From positions 6,742-70,741 of the forward strand of contig NW_021833574.1 in the NCBI RefSeq assembly GCF_006345805.1: DNA of 64,000 nucleotides, given 5' to 3'. This document shows positions 62,880 through 64,000 of this stretch, piece after piece (within the stretch, counting starts at the first letter, position 1; each line of letters starts with the position of its first letter). The position numbers and the translations under genes are program-made. Below the pieces are notes generated by a model. That model saw only the letters and a list, made by a program, of their open reading frames with translations. It was not told the DNA's origin and did no database searches. Origin of the DNA: Octopus sinensis. Taxonomy: Eukaryota.

Positions 62880-62952
62880 TGCTGAAACCCAGGATTGAAC
62901 TTGGGACCTTTATATCTTCAGTCTAACTCTCTCCCAGCTAAGCTATTTCGGC
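62880..62952 (-). pseudogene. tRNA-Phe(GAA) pseudogene
   Basis: 73 nt, GCCGAAATAGCTTAGCTGGGAGAGAGTTAGACTGAAGATATAAAGGTCCCAAGTTCAATCCTGGGTTTCAGCA. It has 9 differences from the canonical metazoan tRNA-Phe, breaking acceptor, D and anticodon-stem pairs. No encoded CCA; T6 tract 19 nt downstream (62855-62860). Confidence 0.9.
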
Positions 62953-62961
62953 TGTATGTAT

Positions 62962-63935
62962 ATCACTTCACACATCTTCCGCAACCTACCCCTTCCCTCC
63001 TACAAACGGGCCCACAACCTACGTGACCTCCTGGTCCACAGTTTCTTCCCTAACCCCACCTCCTTACTTGGCTCGTTCCCCTGCTCTCACGCTGCCGCAC
63101 ATGCCCCTACCTCTCCAACACCACGATCCTCACAGACACCCATCATCGTCCCTATCATATCACTGACTGCTTTACCTGCACTGCTAGCAACGTCATTTAT
63201 TACATCTCCTGCTCTTTCTGCCCTTCTCTGTACATCGGTCAAACCGGACGTCACTTGGCTGACCGGTTCACGGAGCACCTCCGAGACATTAGACTCGGCA
63301 ATAACACCTCGGTCTCACGCCATTTCGGCTCTACCGGTCATACATTACAACACTTGTCTGTGTTCGGACTGTCTTTGCACAGGTGCCATCCGGACTCCCG
63401 CCTTTGCCGTGAATATGAATTAATCTTCTAAGTTCGCTCCTTTGCGTCACATGGGTTCAATTCTCCTCCACTCTTCATCTGACTCCCCTCCCCATCTATT
63501 CATCTGAAACCTATTTCCTCTCTTCATTCCTACCCACCTTCTCTCTTCACTGATTCCTCTCCATCCATATCCTACTCCCACATGCCCCACCCCTACGTCA
63601 AAGTCACTTGCCCCATCCACACGCACACACTTACACACCCTCACATACACACACGCACGCACTCCTGCGTTTTGGGATCAACAGTACTTTATTATCTCAC
63701 CTTCTTCCTAGATCCCCTGCCCAACTATATTTTTCCAACCACTCGCCATGATGGATCACTAAATCCACAAGTTGTTTTTATTCCATTTCTGTTTATTTCA
63801 TCGTGTTCCTTTCTGTTGAAGTGCGTAGGCTCGAAACGTAGAAGACTTTCTCAGTTTCTCGAGCGTCAAACTAATACACCTGCTTGTTGTTTATAAACAT
63901 GTCTTCGTCTTTTGTTTTCCTAAAAATTTCAACTA
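62962..63935 (+). mobile_element. Penelope-like element 3' portion (linker, GIY-YIG endonuclease, 3' UTR, terminal repeat)
   Basis: IFRNLPLPSYKRAHNLRDLLVHS linker, a frameshift, then RCRTCPYL...FTCTASNVIYYISCSFCPSLYIGQTGRHLADRFTEHL...VSRHF. The Cys-rich linker is Neptune-group-like. The terminal repeat matches 875-1025. Confidence 0.9.
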
Positions 63936-64000
63936 TATATATATATGTATGTATATATATATATATTTATTAATATATACATAATATAATATATATATAA

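Overview
Animal (eukaryotic) genomic DNA: AT-rich, very dense in microsatellites, and dominated by transposon debris. The repeat content best fits an octopus or other coleoid cephalopod; this is inference from recalled SINE families, not verified. No host protein-coding gene can be supported, and nearly all ORFs in the supplied track are translated microsatellites or SINEs. Two weak candidate internal exons lie on the minus strand (4245-4307, 55952-56029). Recognisable content: (1) three tRNA-headed SINE families (my labels A, B, C) in dozens of copies, often in co-oriented clusters; (2) LINE remnants: an L1/Tx1-clade copy with APE, RT and CCHC pieces and an internal deletion, two CR1/L2-type fragments and one RTE 3' end; (3) several Penelope-like element (PLE) fragments, including a GIY-YIG endonuclease region; (4) a Tc1/mariner transposase pseudogene and pogo-like and piggyBac-like MITEs; (5) a U6 snRNA pseudogene and a tRNA-Phe(GAA) pseudogene; (6) three long fold-back hairpins and a 16 x 20-bp GC-rich minisatellite. 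The most interesting signals are a hammerhead ribozyme motif with intact core (37191-37253), a shared 3' terminus between SINE-A and the Tx1 LINE, the fold-back hairpins, and the tRNA-Phe/PLE and U6/SINE junctions. Element boundaries are read by eye and are approximate (about +/-20 bp) unless an exact motif is quoted.
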